From contig MEDY01000076.1 in assembly GCA_001724265.1 (NCBI GenBank), positions 62,001 through 126,000 on the forward strand: a DNA stretch of 64,000 nucleotides, written 5' to 3'. The position numbers and the translations under genes were made by a program. Shown piece after piece: positions 1 through 12,652 of the stretch. The number at the start of each line of letters is the position of its first letter. Positions within the stretch are counted from its first letter, which is position 1. The DNA is from Rhizaria sp. SCN 62-66 (taxonomy: Eukaryota). The notes under the pieces were generated by a model. It ran no database searches and had not been told where the DNA came from. It was given only the letters and a program-made list of their open reading frames with translations.

Positions 1-50
1 CCTGGCTGGCTCGAGTCCGCGACAGGCGCTCAGTGGGTCAGTCGGCTCAT

Positions 51-587
51 TTACTTGGTGGACTTCTTGGCGGCAGCCTTCTTGGTCTTGGGGGCAGCCT
101 TGGCAGCAGCCTTGGCCTTGGTGGCCTCAGCGGACTCCAGGGCAGCACGCTCCTTCTGGACGGCCTTGACGGGCGCGGACGATGCTAAATTGGGAGACAA
201 AACCAGGACGGGAAGAGAAAGCAAAATAGAGAAAGATAGAAGATGGTGAGTGACGCGTATATATGACAGAGCGGGGTCAGGAGGTTGGCGTGGGTGAGAG
301 AGCGAAAGGGCGGGAGGAAAGGGACAGTTGGGGTGAGAAGAGTGAGCGGTCCAGCGAGGCGTCTAGAGAAGGTTTGAAGGGAACGTACCGCTGGCGGACA
401 GCGGAGGCGCAGAGGGAGCCACCGTAGGCGCGGGAGACGGAGCGCTTGCGCTTGGCAAGGGACTTGTACTCGAAGGGGTGCCGAGGAACTGCATGGCGAG
501 GCGGCCGCCGGGGGTGCGGACGACGCAACGCTTGTTGGAGACGGTGTTGTACGACTTGCGACGGAGGAAGGTGATGCGCTGAACCAT
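51..587 (-). pseudogene. RPL34: 60S ribosomal protein eL34-derived copy with two internal deletions (duplicated pseudogene or frameshift-remodelled paralogue); exons 587-389 and 184-51
   Basis: N-terminus MVQRITFLRRKSYNTVSNKRCVVRTPGGRL is eL34. The conserved VSRAYGGSLC...VRQR block is in a different frame after ~479. Intron 388-185 (GTACGT...TTTAG) joins R|IVRA. The CxxC-containing segment and the FLIEEQKI-type segment are absent. Lys/Ala tail ends in TAA at 53-51. Confidence 0.8.
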
Positions 588-1085
588 TCTGACCTAAGCG
601 CGGGACAGCAAGCAACGACGGAGTAGCGGGGCGAGAAGAGTGGGGTGTAGGGCGGTGAGCGAGGTGGACTCCGGGGGTCTCAAGCGAGGTGTAGCGCGTC
701 TGCGCGGATTTGTCTTCCAAACGCAGGAGAATATGTTATCATAACAATGCGATACATTAACCACATCTTTAAAAGTCGATCGATGCCCTCGGGAGGAACA
801 CTTTTCGTGTCGCCCTCGACCCCGCAACTCCCACCCGCGGCCTAACTTCTGGGACCTCACGGTTCCTAAAAAGTCGGTCGCGAGTGACCGCGACATCACA
901 ATTTTGACTCGCATCAAACCGTTTCTAACTTGACCCTGCTTTAAAATCTACTTATATGAAAATGATACTATTTCTTCCAGAATATCAATTGAAATTAAAG
1001 TCTGCAGCAATTTGTGTTATTGCATGAACGGTCTCAAATGTGAAGATATACGCCCTGATTTGTATTGACCCAGGGACTTAAAGCG

Positions 1086-2989
1086 ATGCTTCGAGCCTCT
1101 CTCAGAAGGCTCTCTAGTCTCTCACCAACGCTGGCGCAGGCAAAGAACGCAACAAACCCCAACGCGTTGCGCTTTCTCGTAGTCGACAGCTACACCAAGG
1201 CAGGTCGCGACGACTTGACTCGGCACGGGGCTTCAACAGCAGGTACGCATTAGAGTCTTCATTCACTTGAACTCAACTTGGACATAAAACAATACAGCAA
1301 AGATAGGCACGAATCAATCTGATACTCACAAAGCTATTGTTTTACTGCGTCCTCTACACCATAGGCGAGTTATACGCTCGTTTGCTCAGGGATGTCTCGC
1401 CAATTGCCCCGATCATCGACATCTACTACCCCTCCGACCTCTTCGAGTCTACTACAACAAACAACAACAACAGCACGAACATCACAACTAACACGTCGAC
1501 CGCTGGGATTACTTCCAGCAGCATTGGTTCTGCTGCGAACGCGTCGTTTTGCTGCCCGACAGCGTCCTACACCAGCTTGAACACCGCCGCCGCCTCGAAT
1601 AGCCCCACTGTCCCTGGCTCTTTCTCCGCCTCAGCCTTAGCCTCAGCCTCTCCCAGCCTCTCGCAACACCCCGCCCCCGCGCTGCCCGACCTCTCATCGT
1701 ACGCCGGCGTCGCGTGGACGGGCTGCTCTCTCAGCATCACCTCCGAGCCGCTCGACCCCCGCGTGGAATTCCAGCTCTCCCTCGCCCGCAAGGCCTTCGC
1801 CGCCGGAGTCCCGCAGTTCGGATCGTGCTGGGCGCTCCAGGTCGCCGCCGTCGCCGCGGGCGCGCGCTGCCGGCCTGCGCGCAAGGGCCGCGAGATGGGC
1901 TTCGGCCGCAGTGTCACGCTGACTGCAGCCGGGGCGCGACACGGCATGTACCAGGGCAAGAAGGAGATCAAGGAGAAGTCTGGTGACACTGCAACAACAG
2001 CAGCAACACCATTACCACGAACAACAACAGCAACGATAACGGCCAAAGAGGGCGCTGCTGACTGGAGTGACGGGCGGAAGACTGTGTTTGACGTCTACGA
2101 GAGCCACGAAGACGAGGTTGACCCACAGTCACTTAGCCGTCTAAGTACCACTTCGGGGCCCGACCACGCCCGCGTGACCGTGCTCGCCGGGAACGACTGG
2201 TCGCCAGTTCAGGCCGCCGAGGTGACCGTGGGCAGGGGCACGTTCTGGGGCGTCCAGTACCACCCCGAGTATGACCTGAAGGAGCTGGCGATGCTGGTCA
2301 ACGCGCGCGTCGATAAGCTCGTGAAGATGGGCTTTTTCGCAAACCGCGCGGGCGCGGAAGAGTACATCAGGGAGCTGATGGCCGTGTATGAGGTGGCGGA
2401 CACAACGGCACCGCTGGCGCAGGCCGTGCGGAACGAGCTCGCACTCAGCCTTGTGCACCATAGCCCAAACCATAATAACAGTAACAACAACAGCAACGGA
2501 GGCCACATCAACAACAACCACGGCACGCTTGCTGCTCATGACACGGCTGCGAATGCAAATGCGAGTGCTAGTGCGAATGCGGGTGGCAGTGGTCGCAACG
2601 TGAGTGTGAGTCTGGAGGAGAGCGAGAGGATGGCCCGCAGTGAACGGCTACGGGTGGTCAAGCACTTGCTGTGGAAGTACGGCATCAGCGAAGACGTGCT
2701 CGATCACAGTATCCGCACGGCTGAGGTCAAGAACTGGGTCAGCAAGCTCGTTATCCCGCATTATGAGTCCATCAACAACAACAACAACAACAACAACATC
2801 AGCAACGTCAACAAGAGCACTTACACCAACTCAGAGGGACAGAACCAGAGCGTCAAGCCGAGAGTGTTTGCAGGTTCGGCAACGGGCACAACAAGCGGCA
2901 GGGCAACTGAAAGCGGGCGCGGCAGCGACGGGCGGGACCAACAGCAGCTGCTGCAGCAGCAGCAAGCAATCAAGCGGACGGGGTATTGA
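1086..2989 (+). CDS. Class I (type 1) glutamine amidotransferase-like protein, ~593 aa, with mitochondrial-type N-terminal presequence; exons 1086-1242, 1365-2989
   Basis: Nucleophile elbow FGSCWALQ, GREMG, ESHEDEV and catalytic His-Glu in WGVQYHPEY. Intron 1243-1364 (GTACGC...ATAG) joins HGASTA-G-ELYA in frame. N-terminus MLRASLRRLSSLSPTLAQAK is Arg/Ser/Leu-rich with no acidic residues. Confidence 0.85.
2774..2797 (+). repeat. (AAC)8 coding microsatellite, poly-Asn in the amidotransferase C-terminal tail
   Basis: Eight perfect AAC units read directly. Confidence 0.9.
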
Positions 2990-3338
2990 GAGACAGCGAG
3001 GTCACTCAAAGCGGGAAGATACACACTGATGGATCATTTGAAGAAGACTAATAACGACTAGATAACGAAAAGCACAATCTAAAACCGGAATACACAACTT
3101 TCACCGCGATTGATGATTTACACGTAAAATTGTGCCTGGTTTTGTTAAAAACTGGGTCGAGCCGTTTGCTGACGAGTGGGATTCTGCACTATGGCTGACT
3201 TAGAAGATATGTACAGCCTCGTATCATTTGCCCCAGAAGATATAATTAAAGAATTATGCTCATAATAGAACTTAATATTTGGTGTTGTTTGTACAGTTTA
3301 AACCAACGAGTTATTTGTAGTTTTCCAGTGGTTTTCAC

Positions 3339-5702
3339 ATGGACTCGTTCCTCTCCGCCTCGCACCCGCGTCCGGCTGCCCAGGCCTCGCTGCTGCCCTT
3401 CCACGCATCCTCCCCGTCCCACGGCGCGCTCTCCGATGACGCCCCGCTCACAAAGGACGAGCTCCTTGCGCAAATTCGCGCCACACAGGCGGAGCAGAGC
3501 CGCATCGACGATGATATCGCGCACCTGCTCCTTGACAAGGCGCAGCTAGACCGCGCCGTCGAGGTCCTGGCGCTGCAACGGCCGCTCACGGCCTCAGAGG
3601 CCGCCGCGGTCCACGACGCGCCTTTTACGCCACCCGCTGCGTCTGCCGGCGCGGCCTCGGCGGCCGCCCGTGAGACGACCGTGAGCAGCAGCAACGCGGA
3701 GCTGTTCCGCGACCTGCCCCCCGACGAGGCCTTCTCTGCACTGCACACGGCCGCGCTGCGCGTCGCGCGCCGCGTGGCCACCAGCAGCGCCACGGCCAGG
3801 GAGCTCTCGCGCAAGGTGCGCGACATCGACCTGGCGCAGCTGCGGCTCTCGGCCACCGTGACGCGGGTCGAGGCCGTCCTCGCCCTACACAGCCTCATCC
3901 AGGTCCGTCATTTCTTCCTCATATAAAATAACACGAGATATCTCTCTCGAACTAATATCTACAAGTCTATAACTTGACAAAGAAGTATTTTGTTATACTT
4001 TGATTTTATATTTCATGTTTTAATTTCTAAATCCTCTTTTTGTACTCACAAATATTCTCTTTAATTCTTTCTCTGGGATCGTATCTTCCAGGACACGCAA
4101 GACGCGTGTGCGCGCAACGATTACCCGCGCGCCGCCATGCTCATCAACGAGGCCCTGCGCGAGCGCACCCCTTTGCATAACGACCCCACGTACGATGTTT
4201 TGCTCACGCTCGAGCAGCAGGTCAAAAAGGCGCTGCAACAGCAGTTCCAGGCGGCTGAGTCGCTGTTTCTGCAGTGCCACCACTCCGACCGCGAGAAGGA
4301 GGCCAAGTGCGCGCGCGTGCTCGAGGCCTCCGCGTTGCTGCTCTACGTAGACCTTGCGCATGACGGGTTGGAGGCCTACTGCCGCGCCGTGGCCCGCTTC
4401 ATCGTCCTGTCGCTGCGCGAGCGCGGCTTGACTTTGGACAGCCTGCCCGCGGACGCCGTGATCAACACCACCGACGTGCTCTCGTCGATCCTCCAGGAGG
4501 TCCTGTCCTCCCTCGAGAAGCACCAGGGCGCGGTCCAGCAGTGCTTTGGCCCCGGCGCGCATTATCGTCTCTCTGTCGTCTTGATGGCGCTTGCGGACGA
4601 GGTTGGCGCGCCCGTGGTCAAGCGTTACATCGATCAGCGCGAAGTCGCAACGCTGTCTACGCGTGCGCGCACCAAGCCTGAGGGACTGGCTACTGCGCTG
4701 CGACTCAACGAGGACCCTGCGGCGGCGGCGCGTGCGAGCGCGGCCGTACAGCAGTCGGTCGCCGGTCTACTCGTGCGGCAGTATCCGTCGATGGCGAGCG
4801 TGGACAAGCTCGTCGACGAGCTGGCGTTCATGTCCTGCGAGTGCGAGATCTTTAAGCTCAACTTTCTCACCGTGCAGGAGCGGTCAAAGGTCAGCTTTAT
4901 CAAGGCTGCCAACGCTGAGGCGGCCGCCAACGCTCAAGCCGCCAGCAACAGCAGCAGCAACAACGCAGATACCACGAACACCACGGCGAGCGCGAGCGCG
5001 ACTAACAACAATGATGACGCGTATCAGCCGCGGCCTGGCGACAGCTCGCGGCTGCGCTGCCTGCCGCCCCAGGCGTCGACTCAGGTGCAACGACTCGCGG
5101 CGGCTTACGGCTTCGGCCCTCTGGCCACTGCAGCCAGCGCGCGCGCGCAGCAACAGCAACAACAGCAGCAGCAGAACGGCGCCCTGAGCGCGTGCGTGGA
5201 CGACTTGATGCTGCACTATGTCAGCATCGAGAAGTGGTTCCTCGAGAGCAACATCGTCCGCGCCATCAAGACCGACAAGCACCCCGGGACTTTCCCCTTC
5301 ATGGCGGCGGCGCAGCAGCACCAGTCAGGTTCGCAGTCAGCACATCAGCAGCAGCAGCAGCAGCAGGTGCAGGCGGGCAACCTGACTCGCGAGTCGCTCA
5401 TCGCCCGGTTCAGCCAGTCTCTGACCTCAACCGTGGCCGAAGACGTGTTTTACATCCTGCGCAAGTGCGGTGAGCGCGCCGTCAGCACGTGCTCGGTCCT
5501 GGCCGCGGGCGCCGTGCTGGAGGACGTCAATACGATTCTGGCGACACAGGTGCAGCAGCACTTCCTGGGGGTGCTGGGTCGGTACGGGACGTACTACGGA
5601 CAGGGCCGGCCCGCCGAGGAGCTCGCGAACGCCATCGGGCTCACTGTCGGCGGCGCGCTGCCCCCGCCGGAGCCCGGGACCACCGCCAACGCCGGGCAAG
5701 CG

Positions 5703-5734
<32 letters not shown>

Positions 5735-6706
5735 GGGTAGCGCGGGAAGCGGGATGAGTGCGCTCGTGCGCGATGCGGCGCTGGCGTTGACTGCGGTGGA
5801 CGACAGCATGACCAAGACGCAGCTGATCTGGGAAGGGCGCGTGCTCGTCTGCATCAACAACGTTGCCGCGTGCGCCACACACACCAGCACACTGCGTGAG
5901 CACTTGCTGAAGCTGTGCCAGATCATGGCCGACACGTCGCGCACGGTCATCATCAACTCGCTCGACGCGCTTACGAGTAGCGCCAACGAGTTTACAGCGC
6001 TGCACAAGAAGGCCGTGCACATGGTGGCCGCGACCATCACGCCCAGGCTCAAGCCGCTCATCGAGAAGCTCGCGAATACCAACTATGCAGTCGACGAGAG
6101 GCAGTTCCAAGGTACGCTCGCTTCACAACACACAGTTTACTCGCGATTTATATGTTGGTGTTTGTTTATATCAACTGTGACTAACGTTGTATTGATTTAT
6201 TTCCTTGTTTTTCTGTTTTGCATTTGTTTTGCTATCGATCTATAGCGCTTTCGATGTCGGACCCGTGGGTGGGCTCGTTCTTCACCACTCTCTCGGCGGA
6301 GACATCCATCTTGCGCGCGTGCCTCGGCGACCTGTCCCTCGAACTCTTTCTCTCCGCGATCCTCAACTTCACCGTGCGCCGCGTCGAGTCCTGCGTGCTG
6401 CAGAAGCGTTTCTCGCTCTGGGGCGGGCTGCAAATCGACAAAGACATCCGCGCCCTGCTGTCGTTGTGCTCCCGGCACCTCGAGTCCAACATCGGTGTGC
6501 GCGACAAGTTCGCGCGCCTGCTGCAAACTGCCAGCGTGCTGCAGGTCGAACGCGTCGTCGAGCTCTCGCAGCTGCTCTCGGACGGCGCGGGCGGCTTCGG
6601 CAAGGACTGGCGGCTCACCGAGGCTGAGGTGCGCAAGGTGTTGGCGCTACGGGTTGACTTGTCGCAGGCGGAGATTGCGCAGTTTAAGGTCAGCAGGCAC
6701 ATGTGA
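3339..6706 (+). CDS. COG4: Conserved oligomeric Golgi complex subunit 4, ~1014 aa; exons 3339-3902, 4092-6111, 6246-6706
   Basis: LSRKVRDIDLAQLRL, HYVSIEKWFLESNIVRAI, STVAEDVFYILRKCGERA, DPWV, KRFSLWGGLQIDKDIRAL, VRDKFARLLQ and WRLTEAEVRKVLALRVDL match COG4 motifs. Introns 3903-4091 (GTCCGT..CAG) and 6112-6245 (GTACGC..TAG) keep the frame. Confidence 0.9.
5703..5732 (+). repeat. (GGC)10 coding microsatellite, poly-Gly insertion in COG4
   Basis: Ten GGC units read directly. Confidence 0.9.
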
Positions 6707-7013
6707 GTGCTGAAGTAAACAAAGCTCTCTTCAGTTGATTGACTGCTTTGCTGTGCATTTATCAGGCAGATGCGATTGACGACTGTGCATCTGCATTCTA
6801 TTTCATATCAGAGTCTTTTTTATATTAGATATTGTATTAAGCTTACAGCTATATGTGGCATTGTTTATATTGTACGCACATTATTACAAAAAAATTACCA
6901 TCAACAGAATACAGAACTACATTACACGACATCTGAATATCCCATTGTCACCCTACGGTTATGAACACGAACTGAACGGCGATTGCTTTACGGTGATTGC
7001 TTTGCTTGATTGT

Positions 7014-9175
7014 TTACTCAGAGCATTTACTGGCACAGCCACTGTTGGCGTCCATTGAGGTCAAGTCCTGAATGATGTGCTCAAACACTTCGATGCCACG
7101 CACAAACGTGTACTTGTTCAGCCTGCGACAAGACAACAGTAGCGAAGAACGTAATACATTCGAGTATAAATGAGAAATAGAATATGGAAATTGTACCAAA
7201 AGCGATCGATCAAGAGATGCAAATGGGATCATGTTATGATTAAGAAATATGCCAACATATAACCGCTTATGTGTTGTTTTGTGATGATTATAGCATACCT
7301 CTCGTCGTTCTCGTGGAGCAGAATGGGCTGGTTGACGATCGGACTGAAGCCGATCACCGGCAGCCCCGCGACGTTGCGCAGATACCGCCCGTCGGTCGCC
7401 GCGGGGAAGATCTGCGGCTCCAGCGGCATCCCAGCGCGCTCGCAGGCCTGCTGGAACACCCCCCAGTAGGGGTTCTTGGTGGGGTCAGTGGCCGTGGCGT
7501 TGTTGACCTTTGACTTGACCACGAACTGGAACTCGACGCCCGGTTCCAGCCAGCCGCGAATCATCTCCTCGAACTCGTCCAGGTTGATGTGCGGGGGGAC
7601 GCGGATGTCAAAACCGGCATGGGCTTCGGGAGGGACGACATTAAGGGCAAAGCTAGCGCCGTTGTCGGTCGTCATGCCGGCGCGAAGCATCGTCAGGTTC
7701 AGCGTCACCACGTCACCCAATTTCTGGAGGATATTCGCATCAAAGAAACAGGAGTTATACAGAGTGAGTAAATATTCCTCCTGCTATCATGCCAGACTTA
7801 AGGATACAGTCAAATCATACATTATGGTCCGCAGATATAACGAAGATATATCCCTTCTAGTGTTATGTTCAAGTGGACAAATTCACGATCTCAAAGCATT
7901 CGCAGACAGTCATCACGTTTTTGGAATATTTACTGCGACTCTATAGAGAAGAAATACGTACGACCGCGGACCCGTGCTTGCAGCCCGCGTGCCCCTTGAA
8001 CACGGCCTCCTGCTCACTGCGGTACTGCAAGAACTTGGTGACCGTGGCCAGCAACCTCTCCACGGCCGTGTTCTCGATGAACCGCGACGCGTGGCCGGTG
8101 CTGCCGGTAGCCAGCAGCCGCAGCCACCACACGGCGCGCTCGCCGTAGAAGGCAGTGGCCGTGGCGCTCTCGCTGGCGATGCCCTCGTCGAGCGCGAAGC
8201 CGATGTTGAGGGCTTTGAGCTCGTCGCTGACGACCCACTTGGCCATGCCCAGAGTCCCGCCCATCTCTTCGTCGGGCTGCAGCGCGAAGTGCAGCGTGCG
8301 GCGCGGGACAAAACCGCGGGCCTTGAGGCGGCGCGCGGCCTCCAGGTGTTGGACGCACACGCACTTCATGTCCTGATTGTTTGTTGAGCGCAGTCACAGA
8401 AAGGAAGATAGAAAATTCGTGAAATAGAATAGAAACCAGGTAACATGAACGTATACAGAATATATATTTGCACAGTAATATTTTAAAACTATAAAAATGA
8501 CGAATATACATGGTACTTCGTATTGTCATTTGAATTAGTTGTTATATCTCACAAATTGGACGTTTTGATTAGAAGACGTACCTGGGCGCCGCGGGCGACG
8601 ATATCACCGTTATCGAGCTCCGTGGCGTCAAACGGGGGCAGCGACCAGCGCGAGGCGTCCGCGGGCACGACATCGTAGTGCGAGTTGAGTAAGATGGAGG
8701 GAAGCTCGGGCTCAGTGCCCTGCCAAGTTGCGACGAAGACGGGGTAACCCTTGGTGAACTCGTGGGTCTGGTATGTGAGACCGATGGCCTCGCACTGGGC
8801 GGACAGAAACGCCACCGCGGCGGCAGAGGGGCCCGACGGGCCGTCGGAGGTGACCGTGGGGATGCGCAGGAACGCCTTGAAGTTGTCGACGGCGGCGGTG
8901 TCGTCTGCGGTCAGGGTCTTGACCGGAAGCTTCGCGTCGAAGTCGGCCTGCGTGAAGGCGGATGAGGCCATGTTGATCCTGAAGTCTTTGATACTCGGTG
9001 CCTTGGACAAGCTGGATGACGAGAAAATGCGCTTTACGACCGCGGTTGCTGTGGTCGACGTGTGCAGAGCGTTTGATGACGCGCTTGCAGAGATTTGGAA
9101 AGGGGACGTGAGTGCGAGCGAACGCGAAAAGATACGGTTCAGAGAGTGTGTGGCAAGCTTCTGGGTACCGAGCAT
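7014..9175 (-). CDS. ACY1: Aminoacylase-1 (peptidase M20A family); exons 9175(or 8971)-8582, 8372-7962, 7723-7299, 7122-7014; ~512 aa (444 aa from second ATG)
   Basis: Motifs LLNSHYDVVP, ARGAQ|DMKC, PDEEMGG, ALDEG, GHASRF, FPAATDGRYLR and LLHENDE. Three GT-AG introns (8581-8373, 7961-7724, 7298-7123) restore one continuous frame. Confidence 0.92.
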
Positions 9176-9871
9176 GCACAAGGTGTCACGCTAAAGCTAA
9201 CACGCGGCGCTGTATGCCAGGTTGGAATCGTGGTAGGCGTTTGACGACGGTTGGAAAAGGGTTTATGAGGAGGGGTGTGAGAAAGAGCGACGCGCTTTGG
9301 GAACGAGAGGATATCACGAGCCCAACGCGGTTTGACGGTTTAACATCATCGACATACGATACACGGAAGCTCATTTGCCGAGTTTGTAACCGAGTATGAA
9401 CTGAATGCGAGAGTTGGCGGATTGGAGGTGAAGATACTGGAAAGCCGGATGTGTTTGGTTGGGGCTGGGCGACGTCATCTCTCAAGGCTGTTTCGGTTTA
9501 TCATATTCTCGACTGACATAGGCCAGGTTACCCAGTGTTATTTTGCAACAAAGAATTCGCGCGATGCAAGTATGAATATAAAATCCGAACTTCTGTTGAC
9601 GGTCATTTGAGTGGAGATCGGCCGATGCCTTTGCTGTTGAACTCAGCCGACTCAGCCAGCCACAAAGCGAACGCTCTTCGAATGGCCCACTTCTATCCAT
9701 ATTTCACTTGGAAAATGGCCTACATTGAGGGTGAAAATTTGATATGTTGTAGAGACGTCTTGTAGCTACCCACTACCCACTGCTTACGCAACTATTCTTT
9801 TCATGTATCTGTCTGTTGTAATCCCAGAACCAAGACCCCAGCTTTAAACGCGTGCACATCGTTGCCGAGCT
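9176..9871. promoter_or_regulatory. Divergent (head-to-head) intergenic region between ACY1 and nicotinamidase, possible bidirectional promoter
   Basis: Gene orientation only: ~0.7 kb between two outward-facing start codons. No specific motif identified. Confidence 0.35.
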
Positions 9872-11202
9872 ATGCAAGCTGTGCCGCAGCGTCGAGGTGT
9901 TGCCTTGATCGTTGTTGACGTGCAGAATGATTTTATGCTGCCATCCGGCGCCCTGTCCGTGAAGGGCGCTGAAGAGGTACGCAGTTATGCATGTCATTAT
10001 TCCTCTTTTCCCACCAGTGAATGGCGACGTGGACAGCAATGTAATGTTGTCTCTCGGCCTCTCTGTCTCATCTATGAAACAACTGCAGCAAATCGTAAGA
10101 TATCGTTTTATTAACATCACATATGCGTTAATTTGCCCTTGGTTTGTTTTTGCGTCTAGATCTTGCCAGAAATCAAGTCTATGCGTCAATTGCCGTTCAC
10201 CACCGTGGTATACACCCAGGACTTCCACCCGCCAGGCCACGTCTCGTTCGCCGAAACGCACGGTATGCAGCCGTTTACAACCAAAAAACTGTGCAACGGC
10301 AGCGAGCAGATGCTGTGGCCGACGCACTGCGTGCAAGGGACCTACGGTGCCGAGTTCCACGCTGCGCTTGGCCTTCCGAACAATGACAGCGGCAACAACA
10401 CGACTACGAGCGACGCTGACACGGCTGTCAACGCAAGCACAGCTGTGAACGATGCCAACGGCAACGATAGCTTGATTGCGCTGCCTCCGCTTGCAGTGTT
10501 CTGTCCTCGCCACGCACAGTCACATGAACGTCAGCATCAACAACAGCAGCAACAACAGCAACAGCTGCAGCAACAACAGCGGCATGATGACGAGGATGGG
10601 AGTGATCACAAGACGTCTCGGAGCACGTCACAATGCGAGTACAGCTCACTGCCACGAGTCACGACCGCAGAGGTCTGCTGTGTGAACGTCAGCGCGAAGA
10701 AGATTGAGCTAGCGCACTCCGTCGTAGTCCGCAAAGGGCTACTTCAGCATGTCGACTCGTACAGGTACGACGGATAATTAATCACAATGATAGCCAATCT
10801 TGAACCGAACTCTATCCATGCCATTTTACTGAGAGTTGCGCACTTCTATCATCATTGGCTCACGTTATCGATGTTTAATGTATTTTTTGTGTTATGTTGC
10901 TCTTGTAAAGCGGTTTCTTCGACAACGACAAGACGACAGCGACCCCTCTGCAGTCATACCTGCAGTCGTCGCAAACGCCTATCTCCGCGTTGTACATCTG
11001 CGGCGTTGCCCTCGACTACTGCGTCGCGTACACGGCCATCGACGCAGCGAGTCTGGGCTACGACACGGCGGTCGTGCTCGATGCCTGCCGCGGAGTGAAC
11101 GAGGCCACGGTCGCCGCGATGCTCGCTACTATGAGGGAGGCGGGGGTCCGCGTCGTCACGGTCGCTGACGTCAGCAAGGAGATGGCCGCGGGACACGTGT
11201 GA
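9872..11202 (+). CDS. PNC1: Nicotinamidase/pyrazinamidase (isochorismatase superfamily), ~333 aa; exons 9872-9976, 10160-10764, 10911-11202
   Basis: ALIVVDVQNDF (catalytic Asp), TQDFHPPGHVSF and LWPTHCVQGT (metal ligands), VRKG (Lys), DSYS|GFFDN, and GVALDYCV (Cys). Introns 9977-10159 and 10765-10910 keep the frame. Confidence 0.92.
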
Positions 11203-12652
11203 TAGTTCCGTCGCCTGAGAGCTTGCTACACTGTGACTTCAAAAGTTGTCTCCTAGACCTCCATTTTCTAAGTTCACCCCAAACGCTATCTTCTGCTATC
11301 AGATCGCTGCTTTGTATATTTATTGCACTGTATAACACTGTTTTTCTTCCAAGATCAATTAAAATGTGTTGTTTTTATTTAGTTTCGTTTTTGCTACCCG
11401 GCTCTATTCAGTTCCTTTCCTGTACTCTTGCTGTGATGCGACATGTTACAAGACACGTATGTGTCGTCACAGACGATAGGTTTAGCACATCCGCTCACAT
11501 GTACAACAATTATAGATAACCACTATACACGATACACATGAAGTTGTTGTTCATTTTTCAAATGTTCATTATTATCATGGGTCAAGCTCGTCTAACTGGT
11601 TGCTTTGACATCATCAAACCCAATTGTGGTGAGAGAAATAATCGACGAACAGAGAGTCAAGATACACACACCGGTCGGTAAAGCATATATATTACATGCA
11701 ATAATAAAGTGTAATTGTTTTGAAAGTAATCTTTCTATGAAATGAAGTCGCTACAATACAGTAGGTGCCATTGAATCGACAAATGTTTATTCTCCCCCTT
11801 TTTCGCGAACCGCTGCCCATCCCATTTTGGAGGTCTGTCTGGGTGAGATCTAGCCATGTTTAATACGGTTGACTGTCCGTGGTTGCAACGTCTGCAACGG
11901 CTTATTGCGTGTATGTGATCACAGTATCTTGTTATTGGGCGCTTTGTTGGAAAAATGAGTTTGTGGGAGCGTGTGTGTCTTCCCGGGAGACTTGGATGTC
12001 CCGGTCTCAGTCGCCGTCGGCGCTTTGCATTTTGCCTCGCGACGATCTGGATGTGAGCTCACACGCCGCTACGGCGAGACCTTATTTTGCAACTCGCGTT
12101 GACAGTGCCAGATTGACGTGATATTCTGCTTTGCACTTTGTTTCACTCATACCTTGCCTTGCAATTCCCTCCGCCAGTCTTCAGCACACCAACAAGCAAC
12201 AAACACGCCGGTCTCACCTCTCCCCCTCCTTTCTCGCCGCCTCCTCGCTTCTGCAGACTTCCTCCAAACCTCGAACCTCGACAGGTAGTTCACCATTGCC
12301 AAGGTTCACCACCCCATCTTGCCTGCTCCCGAGCTCGTATCATCTCACGGTCCCGGCCTATCCGTTTCCCCTCCGCACCCCTCCCACGTGCGACACCAGA
12401 CTGGCCTCTGACCCGCATCCTGCCCTCACACACTCGCAAACGCACTAAGTCCGTGCTCTCGGCAACAGTACGCCGCTTCTGCGCCCGGTTTGCTCCTCTC
12501 AGTTACGCTACAGTAGCCACGCTCGTTTTTCTTGGTGCAGATATCTGCCCTCGCGCGCGCGCCTTGTTGGACTGTCACGTGGCCCTCCAAAGTCGTATCC
12601 TCTCGTGAGTCGTGGAACAAGAGAAGACAAAGCGTTGTGTTTTGCCTTTGAT

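Noticed and set aside
11879-12608. Short ORFs upstream of the phosphatase gene
   Set aside because: No recognisable motifs; C/T-rich sequence more consistent with promoter or 5' UTR.
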